From NCBI GenBank assembly GCA_001189215.1, contig LFCR01000006.1, positions 133,354-197,353 of the forward strand: a stretch of DNA of 64,000 bases. The letters are read 5' to 3'. Position 1 is the stretch's first letter; every line of letters begins with the position of its first letter. Source of the DNA: Parcubacteria bacterium C7867-008 (lineage in GTDB: Bacteria > Patescibacteriota > Minisyncoccia > Phycocordibacterales > Phycocordibacteraceae). Under the pieces are notes generated by a model. The model made no database searches. It worked only from the letters and a program-made list of their open reading frames with translations, and was not told the DNA's origin. This document shows positions 9,914 to 18,581 of this stretch, in pieces. Made by a program: the position numbers and the translations under genes.

Positions 9914-10558
9914 ATGAAATACCTGTACGCATTCCTCTTCCTGGGCGTGTTCGCTATAACTGTACAACCAGTATTTGCTGATACTGCTGCTGGCTGCCCA
10001 GTCTTTACTCGTGATCTTTCTATTGGTGTTACTGACACTGCAACCAATAAAGATGTGACGGCTCTTCAGAAATACCTTACCGACACAGGCTATCTAGTTC
10101 CGGGTACCGCAAATGGTATCTTCGGTCCTAAAACACATGCGGCAGTACAAGCGTTCCAGCGTAAGAATGGATTGAGCTCGCAGGGGTATGTAGGTCCGCT
10201 TAGTCGTGCAAAGATTCAAGTACTTGGTTGCGGCGTTGCTAATTCTTCATATGAGGAACCATTAACATTGGTTGGTTTTGATGTTCCAGAGAAACTAAAT
10301 CGTGGTCAAAGTGGTGCATGGATACTTCAGTTCTCGCCACGTGCTGCAAGTTCAACGCCCTTAGACTTTAATGCAGACTGGGGAGACGGCAGCACTACAA
10401 CAGGGCTGGTGGTAACCTCTGCAGCGTCCGCAACCACCACGTTCGCATACTTCACACACGCCTATAAGAAGAATGGTTCATATATATCAACTCTGACGAT
10501 CACCCCAAAGAACGGTAAATCGATCAATCTCCAGAGCGGTGTCCGTGTTCTGCATTAA
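9914..10558 (+). CDS. secreted protein with peptidoglycan-binding (PG_binding_1) domain and C-terminal PKD/Ig-like domain
   Basis: Signal peptide; PG_binding_1-like segment LQKYLTDTGYL...GIFGPKTHAAVQAFQRKNGL; C-terminal WGDGS motif typical of PKD-fold domains. Confidence 0.6.
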   Translation: MKYLYAFLFLGVFAITVQPVFADTAAGCPVFTRDLSIGVTDTATNKDVTALQKYLTDTGYLVPGTANGIFGPKTHAAVQAFQRKNGLSSQGYVGPLSRAKIQVLGCGVANSSYEEPLTLVGFDVPEKLNRGQSGAWILQFSPRAASSTPLDFNADWGDGSTTTGLVVTSAASATTTFAYFTHAYKKNGSYISTLTITPKNGKSINLQSGVRVLH

Positions 10559-10613
10559 TCTCCGCTTCACCCTCCACGTGCTTTTATACGGGAGTTATTC
10601 GTAACTATTCCGT

Positions 10614-11153
10614 ATGAAGAAATTTACCGTTGGCATATTCCAGAACCGGGAGGATGCAGAAAAAGCTATAAACCGTGCGCACAACGAATTGAATATCCCC
10701 ACGAGTGATCTTTCATTCATCTACCGCAACAGTGATGGAGAAGTGAAAGAAGTTCCCGCTGGAGACATTGCAACCTCAACCCCTGTTGAAGGAGCAGGGC
10801 ACGGCGCAGCTATTGGCGGCACTATCGGTGCTATAGCTGGTCTCGCAACTATTGCAGGGGTGATTCCCGTAATTGGACCATTGTTTGCTGCAGGCCCTCT
10901 GGCCGTAGCGCTTGGCCTTACTGGCGCGGTTGGTACCACTGCAGCAGCTGCAGCAACGGGCGCTATTGCTGGTGGCCTTATCGGCGCACTCACCAATCTT
11001 GGCGTGGGAGAAGAGAATGCAAAACGCTATGCAGATCGTGTACAGTCTGGTGATGTACTTGTTGCTGCATATGCAGAAGAAGGAGTTGATGTACGCGCAC
11101 TCTTCACTGACGCTGGCGCAATAGAAACTGAAGGATACGCACTTAAAGTGTAA
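10614..11153 (+). CDS. glycine-zipper stress protein (general stress protein 17M-like / DUF1269-type)
   Basis: N-terminal soluble domain followed by G/A-rich glycine-zipper membrane segments (GAAIGGTIGAIAGLATIAG...). A perfect 13-bp-stem terminator follows at 11176-11207. Confidence 0.5.
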   Translation: MKKFTVGIFQNREDAEKAINRAHNELNIPTSDLSFIYRNSDGEVKEVPAGDIATSTPVEGAGHGAAIGGTIGAIAGLATIAGVIPVIGPLFAAGPLAVALGLTGAVGTTAAAAATGAIAGGLIGALTNLGVGEENAKRYADRVQSGDVLVAAYAEEGVDVRALFTDAGAIETEGYALKV

Positions 11154-11175
11154 CCACACTGAAAGAATGTGCGCT

Positions 11176-11207
11176 GAAAGACGTCTGTGTAATTACAGAC
11201 GTCTTTC
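11176..11207 (+). terminator. rho-independent terminator (GAAAGACGTCTGT-loop-ACAGACGTCTTTC)
   Basis: Perfect 13-bp stem followed by a T-rich tract. Confidence 0.6.
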
Positions 11208-11419
11208 ACATTTGATTCATGACCCTTCCCATATTATATCGAGGTATGATGTACCGAACCGCAAACAGACACAGTGTTCGCTTTATCACGCGACGCTTCG
11301 TTCGTAAGCTAAAGACGGCATTTACTGAGGTATTAGCAGACATTAGTGCCACTACACGGAGCACTTTTGCGTCCTAGCATCCACACATCAATAAAAGATG
11401 TGGGTGCTACCATATACGA

Positions 11420-12388
11420 ATGCATACTTGGGTGCGTCCAATTCTTTTCTCGATAGCGTTCGTTATCGTATGCGGTCTTATCTATGCGCGCGTCTTTGGC
11501 CCCACTGATTCATTTGCTAAACGCGAGGAGTTTTTGGTGCAACCCGAACACACCGTTGAACAGGTTGCTCAGGATCTTAAGGATCAGGGATACATACGTA
11601 GTACTATTGCGTTCCGTCTTGCACTCATAGGGAAGGTTACAGATCGTGGTATTCGTCCTGGCGGGTATGAGATATCTCAGAGCATGGATACTTGGACGCT
11701 TGCTACAACCCTTACACTTCCTCCATACCTACGTTTTGTTACCTTGCCGCAGGGTGCTCGCAAAGAGCAGATTGCAGACATTCTTGCAGAAGAACTCTTC
11801 TGGACCGATGAACAGAAGCAAGAGTGGATTAGTGTAGATACAGCAGCAAGCGGTACATTGGCTGAGGGTGTGTACTATCCAGACACGTATTTAATTCCTT
11901 CAGACCAACCACCTGCACAGATTGCAGCTCGGTTGCGTGGTAGGTTCACTAATGTGTTTGCTCCCTATGTGCAAGAAGCAAAAGATAAAGGATTGAAGTG
12001 GAGTGATGTTCTTACGCTTGCCTCTATTGTTGAGCGTGAATCTGCAAAGAATGATCGGCATCTTGTCGCAGGTATTCTTTGGAACCGAATCAATACTGGT
12101 ATGAAGCTTCAAGCCGATGCGACGCTGCAGTATGTGAAGGGGAGTAGCGGTAACTGGTGGCCAGTACCTAAGAGTGAAGATAAATATCTAGAGTCTCCTT
12201 TTAATACCTATAAGTATGTTGGGCTCCCACCGCATCCTATTGCGAATCCAAGTCCTGAATCAGTGGCTGCGGTACTAAATCCTGACATTACAGACTGCAT
12301 TTTCTATCTCCATGATGCGGATCACGTCATTCACTGCTCAGTTACGTACGCGGGCCAGAAGAAGAATGTGCAGAAGTATCTAAAATAG
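11420..12388 (+). CDS. mltG: endolytic murein transglycosylase MltG (YceG family)
   Basis: N-terminal TM anchor and YceG-like domain, with the conserved segments ASIVERE and GLPPHPIANP. Confidence 0.85.
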   Translation: MHTWVRPILFSIAFVIVCGLIYARVFGPTDSFAKREEFLVQPEHTVEQVAQDLKDQGYIRSTIAFRLALIGKVTDRGIRPGGYEISQSMDTWTLATTLTLPPYLRFVTLPQGARKEQIADILAEELFWTDEQKQEWISVDTAASGTLAEGVYYPDTYLIPSDQPPAQIAARLRGRFTNVFAPYVQEAKDKGLKWSDVLTLASIVERESAKNDRHLVAGILWNRINTGMKLQADATLQYVKGSSGNWWPVPKSEDKYLESPFNTYKYVGLPPHPIANPSPESVAAVLNPDITDCIFYLHDADHVIHCSVTYAGQKKNVQKYLK

Positions 12389-13045
12389 AGCGCTAATTGT
12401 TTTGGCTAATGTTGCTGAGACGATTGTTGTTACCGAACTATCAGTAAACAGAGCAACAGTGTCATCAAAGACTATAAGTGCAGAACCTAGGTTCTTCTTA
12501 TTTTGTATGTGTACAGATACACTGCGCTGTTTTGCATCTTCGAGACGAGAATCATCTGAATCAAATCGTCTAAGGAATTCAGTGGAAGGGAGAAGTAGAT
12601 AACATTCCTTTGAGCGAGGGTAGAGCGCAAGATCAAAGATTGCCTGCATGTTTTTAGCATCGGTGTATGTTGTCACCCCACTGGATTGCGCCGATGACGT
12701 AGTAACAGAAAGTTCCGTGATTAGTTTCTGAACCGACTGTTCCTTCTGTGTAAACGCATCTCTCTGACGATCAAGCCACCCAAGTAAGCGTGCAGGTGGC
12801 TCCATACGGAAGTGAATCTTACCGGTGCGCTGCTGTTCCGTTACCAGTCCTTTTTCAGTAAGGGTATGGAGTGCGTGATAGATAGTGGGGCGTTTAATGC
12901 CGGTTTCTTTGCATAACTCTTGAACCGTAACCGCATCATGCTCGATACCATACCTATATAGGTATGCTTCAGTCTCAGTTAGTCCAACCTGCTCCAACAG
13001 GTCTTGTACCTTTTGTGCTGATGTATCAGTACTATTACCACTCAT
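12380..13045 (-). CDS. TrmB-family HTH transcriptional regulator
   Basis: N-terminal winged HTH (ETEAYLYRYGIEHDAVTVQELCKETGIKRPTIYHALHTLTEKGLV) typical of TrmB-like regulators, plus a C-terminal effector domain. Confidence 0.6.
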   Translation of the reverse strand: MSGNSTDTSAQKVQDLLEQVGLTETEAYLYRYGIEHDAVTVQELCKETGIKRPTIYHALHTLTEKGLVTEQQRTGKIHFRMEPPARLLGWLDRQRDAFTQKEQSVQKLITELSVTTSSAQSSGVTTYTDAKNMQAIFDLALYPRSKECYLLLPSTEFLRRFDSDDSRLEDAKQRSVSVHIQNKKNLGSALIVFDDTVALFTDSSVTTIVSATLAKTISALF

Positions 13046-13069
13046 AGGTGTTTTTATTATAACGTTACA

Positions 13070-13864
13070 TTGACACCTCAGCTTTCGTGTAGGATCAGGT
13101 ATACTTTCTTCATGAACAAGAATGGTAAAGAATCGATCATTTTCTACTTCCTTGGAATACTAGGGGTTGTGGCACTGTTCACCTCTTTGTATTTCACTCT
13201 CAATGCTGCAGATACCGAATCTGAAGAGTACAGCCCTAGAGTAATGCAGGATGAAAGTACGATTGCATCAAGTTCATCCAGAGAATGGATAGATCTCATG
13301 ATGCGAAGCTATCTTGAATATGATGAGGAATGCGATATTCGTACCGAGCAAATTAAATTAGCTGAAGGGACTCCAGACGCAACAGCGCTTTCGTTTGAAT
13401 ATGTGCATTGTCCAGATTACGCACTGGAGTTCAGAGATACAGGATTCCAAATTATTCCTGTTACTGGAGATGAGACATCGCATATAGATGCAGTGGGTAC
13501 TGAAGGTGAAGGACGTCCGGTTGCAGACTACTGGATTCTTGATCCTACACAGGATACAGAAACGTTCATTAAGTCTCTTATTGCAACTCTGCCCACACCT
13601 GAACTACGTACAGAGTGTTTTGTTGGATCTGTTTTTTCAGAAGACTCTCGTACTCAGATGTTTACGCGAGGTGAATTGATATATGGGGTCCATGTTAATC
13701 AGGCATACCGTGATAAGTACCAATATGAGGTGTATGCACCATGTGCTCCGTATGAGACAGCAAATAGTGTCAGTTACTTCAAGCGGGTAGGGAACATACT
13801 TCTCTTTATCCACGCTGGGCAAGATACTCCTCGCTTTGACGCCACCAGCTTCAGAAACTACTAG
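13070..13864 (+). CDS. hypothetical membrane-anchored protein
   Basis: 264-aa ORF with a single N-terminal TM helix and an acidic extracytoplasmic domain. The start may be the internal Met at about 13112. Confidence 0.45.
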   Translation: MTPQLSCRIRYTFFMNKNGKESIIFYFLGILGVVALFTSLYFTLNAADTESEEYSPRVMQDESTIASSSSREWIDLMMRSYLEYDEECDIRTEQIKLAEGTPDATALSFEYVHCPDYALEFRDTGFQIIPVTGDETSHIDAVGTEGEGRPVADYWILDPTQDTETFIKSLIATLPTPELRTECFVGSVFSEDSRTQMFTRGELIYGVHVNQAYRDKYQYEVYAPCAPYETANSVSYFKRVGNILLFIHAGQDTPRFDATSFRNY

Positions 13865-13970
13865 ATTCTAGCAGGTACTTATTGACGCAAATGCCTTTTA
13901 AAGGTATTTTAGAGCTATCAGCCCTCCGGGCATTTTTATTTTAGGACCCAGCCATTTCACCTTATTTACT

Positions 13971-15761
13971 ATGGAAATTCGTAACATCGCTATCATCGCG
14001 CACGTGGACCACGGCAAGACGACCCTAACTGATGCACTCATGCGCCAGACCGGTGCCGTTGCTGATGGTGTCTCTATGGATTCCAACAAGCTTGAGCAGG
14101 AGCGTGGTATCACGATTTACTCCAAGAATACCTCAATTGAGTACAAGGGTACCAAGATCAACATCGTTGATACTCCAGGACACGCGGACTTCGGTTCTGA
14201 AGTAGAGCGTGTGCTTCGTTCTATCGACTCAGTGCTTCTCGTGGTGGACGCGCAGGAAGGTCCTATGCCTCAGACTCGTTTCGTACTTAAGAAGTCTCTT
14301 GAGCTTGGTATCAAGCCTATTGTGGTACTCAACAAGATTGATAAGCCTGCTGCAGACGCAGACCGCGCAGAGGAGCAGGTACTTGAACTCTTCCTTGAAC
14401 TTGGTGCTTCAGACGAACAGGCAGACTTCACCTCGGTGTATGCCATTGGTCGTGAAGGGGTAGCTATGAAGAAGTTGGATGATCCTCGTGTAGATCTAAC
14501 ACCGCTTCTCGATACCATCCTTGAACTCGTACCTCCTGCAACTACTCCAGAAGCACTCGCAAAGCCAGCAAAGCTTCAGGCATTCAACCTTGCGTACGAC
14601 AACTTCCTTGGTCGTCTTGCTATCTGCCGTGTGTACGAAGGCGTTATCAAAGCAAACGATAACGTAACCGTTAAGAAGCCAGACGGTACTACTCGAACCG
14701 GTAAGCTCACGAAGATCTTCACCTTCAAGGGTATTGAGCGTACAGACGCTCCAGAAGCACAGGCAGGAGATATTGTTATTGTTGCAGGTCTTCCAGATAT
14801 CTTCATTGGTGAAACTATCACCATGGATCCAAACACTGATCCGATGACTGCTATCGCTATCGATGAGCCAACCATCACGGTTAACTTCCTTGTTAACAAC
14901 TCACCATTCGCAGGACGCGAGGGTAAGTATGTGACGAGCCGTCAACTCCGTGAGTATCTTGAACGCGAGCTCGAAGTGAACGTTGGTCTTAAGATCGACT
15001 TCGTTTCTCCAGATTCATTCAAGGTATCTGGTCGTGGTGAACTCCACATCGCTATTCTCCTTGAGAACATGCGTCGTTCTGGCTATGAACTTCAGGTCTC
15101 CCAGCCGCAGGTAATTATCCGTGAGGAGAATGGTCACAAGATGGAGCCATTCGAAGAGGTTATTATCGACACTCCAAGTGCATACCAGGGAGCTATTATC
15201 GAGCGCCTCGGTACTCGAGCCTTTGTTATGCAGAATCTTGTTCAGCATGATGATTCGGTGCGTCTAACCTTCGAAGGTCCAACTCGTGGTCTTCTTGGAT
15301 ACCGCAACCAGTTCGTTATCGATACGAAAGGTGAGGGAATTCTTTCTTCTCGCGTTCTCGACTTCAAGCCATTCGCTGGTGATATTAAGAAGCGTCAGGT
15401 TGGCTCGATGATCTCTATGGCTACTGGTAAGGCACTCGGCTATGCACTCTGGGCTATGCAGGAGCGCGGTGTGCTTTACATCACGCCTGCTACAGAAGTG
15501 TATGAAGGTATGGTTGTTGGTAACACCAGTAAGGGAGAGGAAATGGTGGTTAACCCAACCAAGGGTAAGAACCTCACCAACGTCCGTTCTTCTGGTAACG
15601 ATGAAGCAATCACCCTCGTTCCTGCGTACGAACTTTCTATCGAGCGCGGTCTTGAAGTGATGGCTGAGGACGAATACCTTGAGATCACTCCTGAGAGCGT
15701 GCGCCTCCGAAAGCAGCACCTCACTGAAAGTGCTCGTGCTAAGAACAAGGGGAAAGGGTAA
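13971..15761 (+). CDS. typA: translational GTPase BipA/TypA
   Basis: G1-G4 GTPase motifs ([19 protein letters not shown]) and the BipA-specific C-terminal domain; 596 aa. Confidence 0.95.
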   Translation: MEIRNIAIIAHVDHGKTTLTDALMRQTGAVADGVSMDSNKLEQERGITIYSKNTSIEYKGTKINIVDTPGHADFGSEVERVLRSIDSVLLVVDAQEGPMPQTRFVLKKSLELGIKPIVVLNKIDKPAADADRAEEQVLELFLELGASDEQADFTSVYAIGREGVAMKKLDDPRVDLTPLLDTILELVPPATTPEALAKPAKLQAFNLAYDNFLGRLAICRVYEGVIKANDNVTVKKPDGTTRTGKLTKIFTFKGIERTDAPEAQAGDIVIVAGLPDIFIGETITMDPNTDPMTAIAIDEPTITVNFLVNNSPFAGREGKYVTSRQLREYLERELEVNVGLKIDFVSPDSFKVSGRGELHIAILLENMRRSGYELQVSQPQVIIREENGHKMEPFEEVIIDTPSAYQGAIIERLGTRAFVMQNLVQHDDSVRLTFEGPTRGLLGYRNQFVIDTKGEGILSSRVLDFKPFAGDIKKRQVGSMISMATGKALGYALWAMQERGVLYITPATEVYEGMVVGNTSKGEEMVVNPTKGKNLTNVRSSGNDEAITLVPAYELSIERGLEVMAEDEYLEITPESVRLRKQHLTESARAKNKGKG

Positions 15762-15817
15762 TTGACTTTTCAAATATATAATGCATTCTATCTAAGAATG
15801 CACAACAGGAGGGGCTC

Positions 15818-16177
15818 ATGGCCTTTGATCACTGGAGACGAACAGTAGCGAATATGGCCGAACGGAGGGGAATTCCAAATCCCCTCCAAGAGGAACATCT
15901 CGGCATCCTTGATCTCAACTTCACTCGTGAAGACGGGTGGAGAGTGACTATCAAGGGAACCAAAATGAATCGTGGTGCGCGTCTCCTGTTCGAAGAGATG
16001 GCCACCAGCTTCGCGGGTGTTCGCGCCACCGGAATCATCTGCGACGAAGTTTTCGATCGCTTCATGCGGGAGTGTCTCGGAGATCTCTGGGATCACGAGG
16101 TTGGTATGGGTACGCACACGCTGCTCGATGCTGCCCATGAGGCTCGAGCGGTCGAGATCGTCTGGAAGCTTCGATAG
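15818..16177 (+). CDS. hypothetical protein (first gene of high-GC islet)
   Basis: 119-aa ORF with AGGAGG 5 nt upstream and GC3-rich codons unlike its flanks. A long GC hairpin follows at about 16199-16232. Confidence 0.5.
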   Translation: MAFDHWRRTVANMAERRGIPNPLQEEHLGILDLNFTREDGWRVTIKGTKMNRGARLLFEEMATSFAGVRATGIICDEVFDRFMRECLGDLWDHEVGMGTHTLLDAAHEARAVEIVWKLR

Positions 16178-16328
16178 GGTAACCAGAACAAATACAAATG
16201 CCCAAGGGCGCGGCACAAGTTGTCGCGCCTTTGTTAATTATTTACAAAACTTCGAATTAATGGTTTGATGCAACGGGGACCCCGTACGGGGTTCTGCTCA
16301 TTTCTTACGATCACTGAAAGGATCGCAA

Positions 16329-17468
16329 ATGGCCTATCAAGACAATCTCGCCGCTCTGGCCGCTGAACATGGTCTGATGCTGCCACTCACGGAGCGGGAC
16401 CTCGACATCTTCGGCATCCATTTCGAGGGTAGTAGCCCACTCTTCGGGACCTCGAAGAACCTCGGCAGCCGCCTTTTCCTTCAACAGATGGCCAAAGATA
16501 GTTCGTTCATCCCGATCCACAACGACGTCAGAACGCAGGCGGAGGCCTTCTTCGCCGAGCACTGGGAGGCAACGACGCGTGGCGAGGTTCATCCCATCAT
16601 CAATGGGTTCATGGAATCGCTTTGCGTTGCGCTGCTTCGCAAGTCCGATATGCAGGTTAGGATCAATGATGCCTGGGAACACCGAGACCAGGTCACGTAC
16701 GATAAGTATGCTGGCTCTGAGCTCGACAACGTGATCTCGGCAGCTGTCATGGGTCTCGACCTCGGCACGCTCCGTGTCGCTGAGAAGATCGATGGCGAGT
16801 GGGTCACCAATCAGTGGCTCAAGGAAGCGTGTCTGCTGTACTTTCGTTTGCACCAAAACGCCTTCGTCGACGGCGCTCCCGGCCTCAGCTGGGATAAGGT
16901 TCCCCTCAAGGGTGCAACCTGGTCTGAGTCAGATTGGGAGGACGCTGGTTTCCGGCTGGCTCCTGGCGCCATTGTTCGGCACGGCGCTTATATCGCCCCG
17001 AAGGGTGTCGTACTCATGGCTAACTCCTTCGTGAATATGGGGGCGTATGTCGATGAATATACGATGGTGGACACCGGCGCTCGTGTCGGTTCCTGTGCGC
17101 AGGTGGGCAAGAACTGTCACATTGGTGCCGGCTCCGGTATCGGTGGTGTGTTCGAGCCTCTACAAGCGCTCCCCACCATCATCGGCGACGACGTCTTCAT
17201 GGGCGCTATGTGTGAGGTGGCCGAAGGTGTCGTGGTCGGAGATGGGTGTGTGCTCGGTATGGGCACGCTCATCACCGCCTCCACCAAGATCTTCGATCGT
17301 GAGACGGGCAATATTACGAAGGGCGTCGTTCCACCGAATTCGGTAGTCGTGCCCGGCTCGCTCCCGGCTCCTGATGGGGGTCCAAGCACCCACTGCGCGA
17401 TAATCATCCGGCAGGCCGATCTTGAGACTCGCAAGAGGCTTGGAATCAACGAGCTCCTGCGCGACTAA
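16329..17468 (+). CDS. dapD: 2,3,4,5-tetrahydropyridine-2,6-dicarboxylate N-succinyltransferase (DapD-like), proteobacterial type, with a roughly 107-aa N-terminal extension or alternative start at 16650
   Basis: The C-terminal 270 aa align collinearly with E. coli DapD. Matches include LRVAEKIDGEWVTNQWLKEA, the hexapeptide-repeat LbH region GAYVDE.TMVDT...VGSCAQ.GKN.H...G.GIGGV.EPLQA.PTII and the C-terminus GINELLR. The internal Met at 16650 matches the canonical DapD start but lacks an SD, whereas the 16329 start has AAAGGA 7 nt upstream. GC is high. Confidence 0.8.
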   Translation: MAYQDNLAALAAEHGLMLPLTERDLDIFGIHFEGSSPLFGTSKNLGSRLFLQQMAKDSSFIPIHNDVRTQAEAFFAEHWEATTRGEVHPIINGFMESLCVALLRKSDMQVRINDAWEHRDQVTYDKYAGSELDNVISAAVMGLDLGTLRVAEKIDGEWVTNQWLKEACLLYFRLHQNAFVDGAPGLSWDKVPLKGATWSESDWEDAGFRLAPGAIVRHGAYIAPKGVVLMANSFVNMGAYVDEYTMVDTGARVGSCAQVGKNCHIGAGSGIGGVFEPLQALPTIIGDDVFMGAMCEVAEGVVVGDGCVLGMGTLITASTKIFDRETGNITKGVVPPNSVVVPGSLPAPDGGPSTHCAIIIRQADLETRKRLGINELLRD

Positions 17469-17495
17469 GCACACGGACAAAATACAAACAAACTG

Positions 17496-17530
17496 GGCGG
17501 CTCTTCGGGGCCGCCCTCATTCTTTCTTCA
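17496..17530 (+). terminator. rho-independent terminator (GGGCGGC-loop-GCCGCCC plus T tract) after dapD
   Basis: A 7-bp GC stem followed by tcattctttcttc. Confidence 0.6.
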
Positions 17531-17576
17531 GCATGTATCGTGCACTATGCGTGGATTACTCAATAATCGCGTAATC

Positions 17577-17726
17577 ATGCTTTATACCATTGCTGTCGTT
17601 TTGCTTGTCCTCTGGGCTATTGGTCTTCTAACCTCATATACAATTGGAGGATTCATACATCTTCTAATTGTGGCAGCGGTCGTACTTGTTCTCGTACGTA
17701 TCATCCAGGGAAGGAAAGTACTCTAA
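17577..17726 (+). CDS. small membrane protein, lmo0937/DUF5670-like family (49 aa), not in the ORF track
   Basis: Translation MLYTIAVVLLVLWAIGLLTSYTIGGFIHLLIVAAVVLVLVRIIQGRKVL shows the two-helix pattern of the widespread lmo0937-family small protein, with an ML...IAVIL-type N-terminus, a GG turn and a C-terminal IQGR. The SD is weak. Confidence 0.5.
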   Translation: MLYTIAVVLLVLWAIGLLTSYTIGGFIHLLIVAAVVLVLVRIIQGRKVL

Positions 17727-17782
17727 CTTGAGTAGTACATGCTGCATGACAACCGATCTCCATAGTGTTGTAAAATGAAGGC

Positions 17783-18364
17783 ATGAAAAAGATAGCCATA
17801 CTATTTGTGCTAGGAATTGCCGTGCTAATTCTTGGGTTCTTCGCACTCAATTCTTACATCCATAAAGACAAACAGGGAGACCAAAACGCTACCACCACTC
17901 CAACTCAAATCCTCAGTTTTGAAGATTGTGAGAAGGCAGGGTATCCTGTTATGGAAAGCTTCCCGAGACAGTGTCGTGTTCCTGATGGTCGTACCTATGC
18001 AGAAGAACTTCCAGTAGCTGCAACGTATCAGAATGCATCAGCAAATCTGATTGTGGTAGATACACCCGCACCAGGTTCTGTTACAGGGAAAGCCGTTACG
18101 GTAAAAGGAAAAGCACGGGGATACTGGTACTTCGAAGCGTCTTTTCCGGTAGAACTCCGTGATCCAACTGGAAAGGTGCTTGCGCAGACCGCAGCACAAG
18201 CAAGTAGAGACTGGATGACCGAGAACTTCGTTCCATTCTCCGTCACCCTTACTGCACCAACCTCATATATCGGACCCGCAACGCTCGTACTGATGAAAGA
18301 TAACCCTTCCGGACTTCCTGAACATGATGCATCGATCTCCATCCCGATAACCATTGAATATTAG
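17783..18364 (+). CDS. hypothetical membrane-anchored/lipoprotein-like protein with Ig-like (Gmad2-type) domain
   Basis: N-terminal TM or signal peptide, then a beta-rich domain (VTVKGKARGYWYFEASFPVELRDPTGKVLAQ). A perfect hairpin terminator follows at 18368-18393. Confidence 0.5.
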   Translation: MKKIAILFVLGIAVLILGFFALNSYIHKDKQGDQNATTTPTQILSFEDCEKAGYPVMESFPRQCRVPDGRTYAEELPVAATYQNASANLIVVDTPAPGSVTGKAVTVKGKARGYWYFEASFPVELRDPTGKVLAQTAAQASRDWMTENFVPFSVTLTAPTSYIGPATLVLMKDNPSGLPEHDASISIPITIEY

Positions 18365-18581
18365 CCACAAAGAGCGCATCCTTGCGCTCTTTGTGTATAT
18401 CTGGCATACTATCTTCACAACCGTTTTCTAGTTTATTCGTCTTGAGAGGGTATATAAGCCACTGCTTAAGACCGGGTTCAATTGGTTTCTAAGGAACGAC
18501 CCCGAAACTCTCGAGACGCTTGTTTTACTTCTCCGGCTCCATGCATAGGCGTTCCAGCCGGGACCCAAAACAAAACAATAA

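Noticed and set aside
10721-11159. 91-aa and 127-aa minus-strand ORFs within the glycine-zipper gene
   Set aside because: They are antisense to the Gly/Ala-rich CDS, giving Pro/Ala-rich nonsense translations with no RBS.
11217-11375. 52-aa basic ORF (MTLPILYRGMMYRTANRHSVRFITRRFVRKLKTAF...) in the spacer before mltG
   Set aside because: It has no RBS, no recognisable family, and lies between a terminator and the mltG promoter. This is insufficient evidence to call it a gene.
16329-16649. The N-terminal 107 codons of the dapD ORF as a separate gene or spurious extension
   Set aside because: There is no stop codon between this segment and the DapD core, and the upstream start has the only good SD. 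It is kept as a single ORF but flagged, because the internal Met at 16650 matches the canonical DapD N-terminus.
16311-16856. 181-aa minus-strand ORF overlapping the 5' part of dapD
   Set aside because: It is antisense to a well-supported CDS. High-GC sequence generates long spurious antisense ORFs, and it has no RBS.
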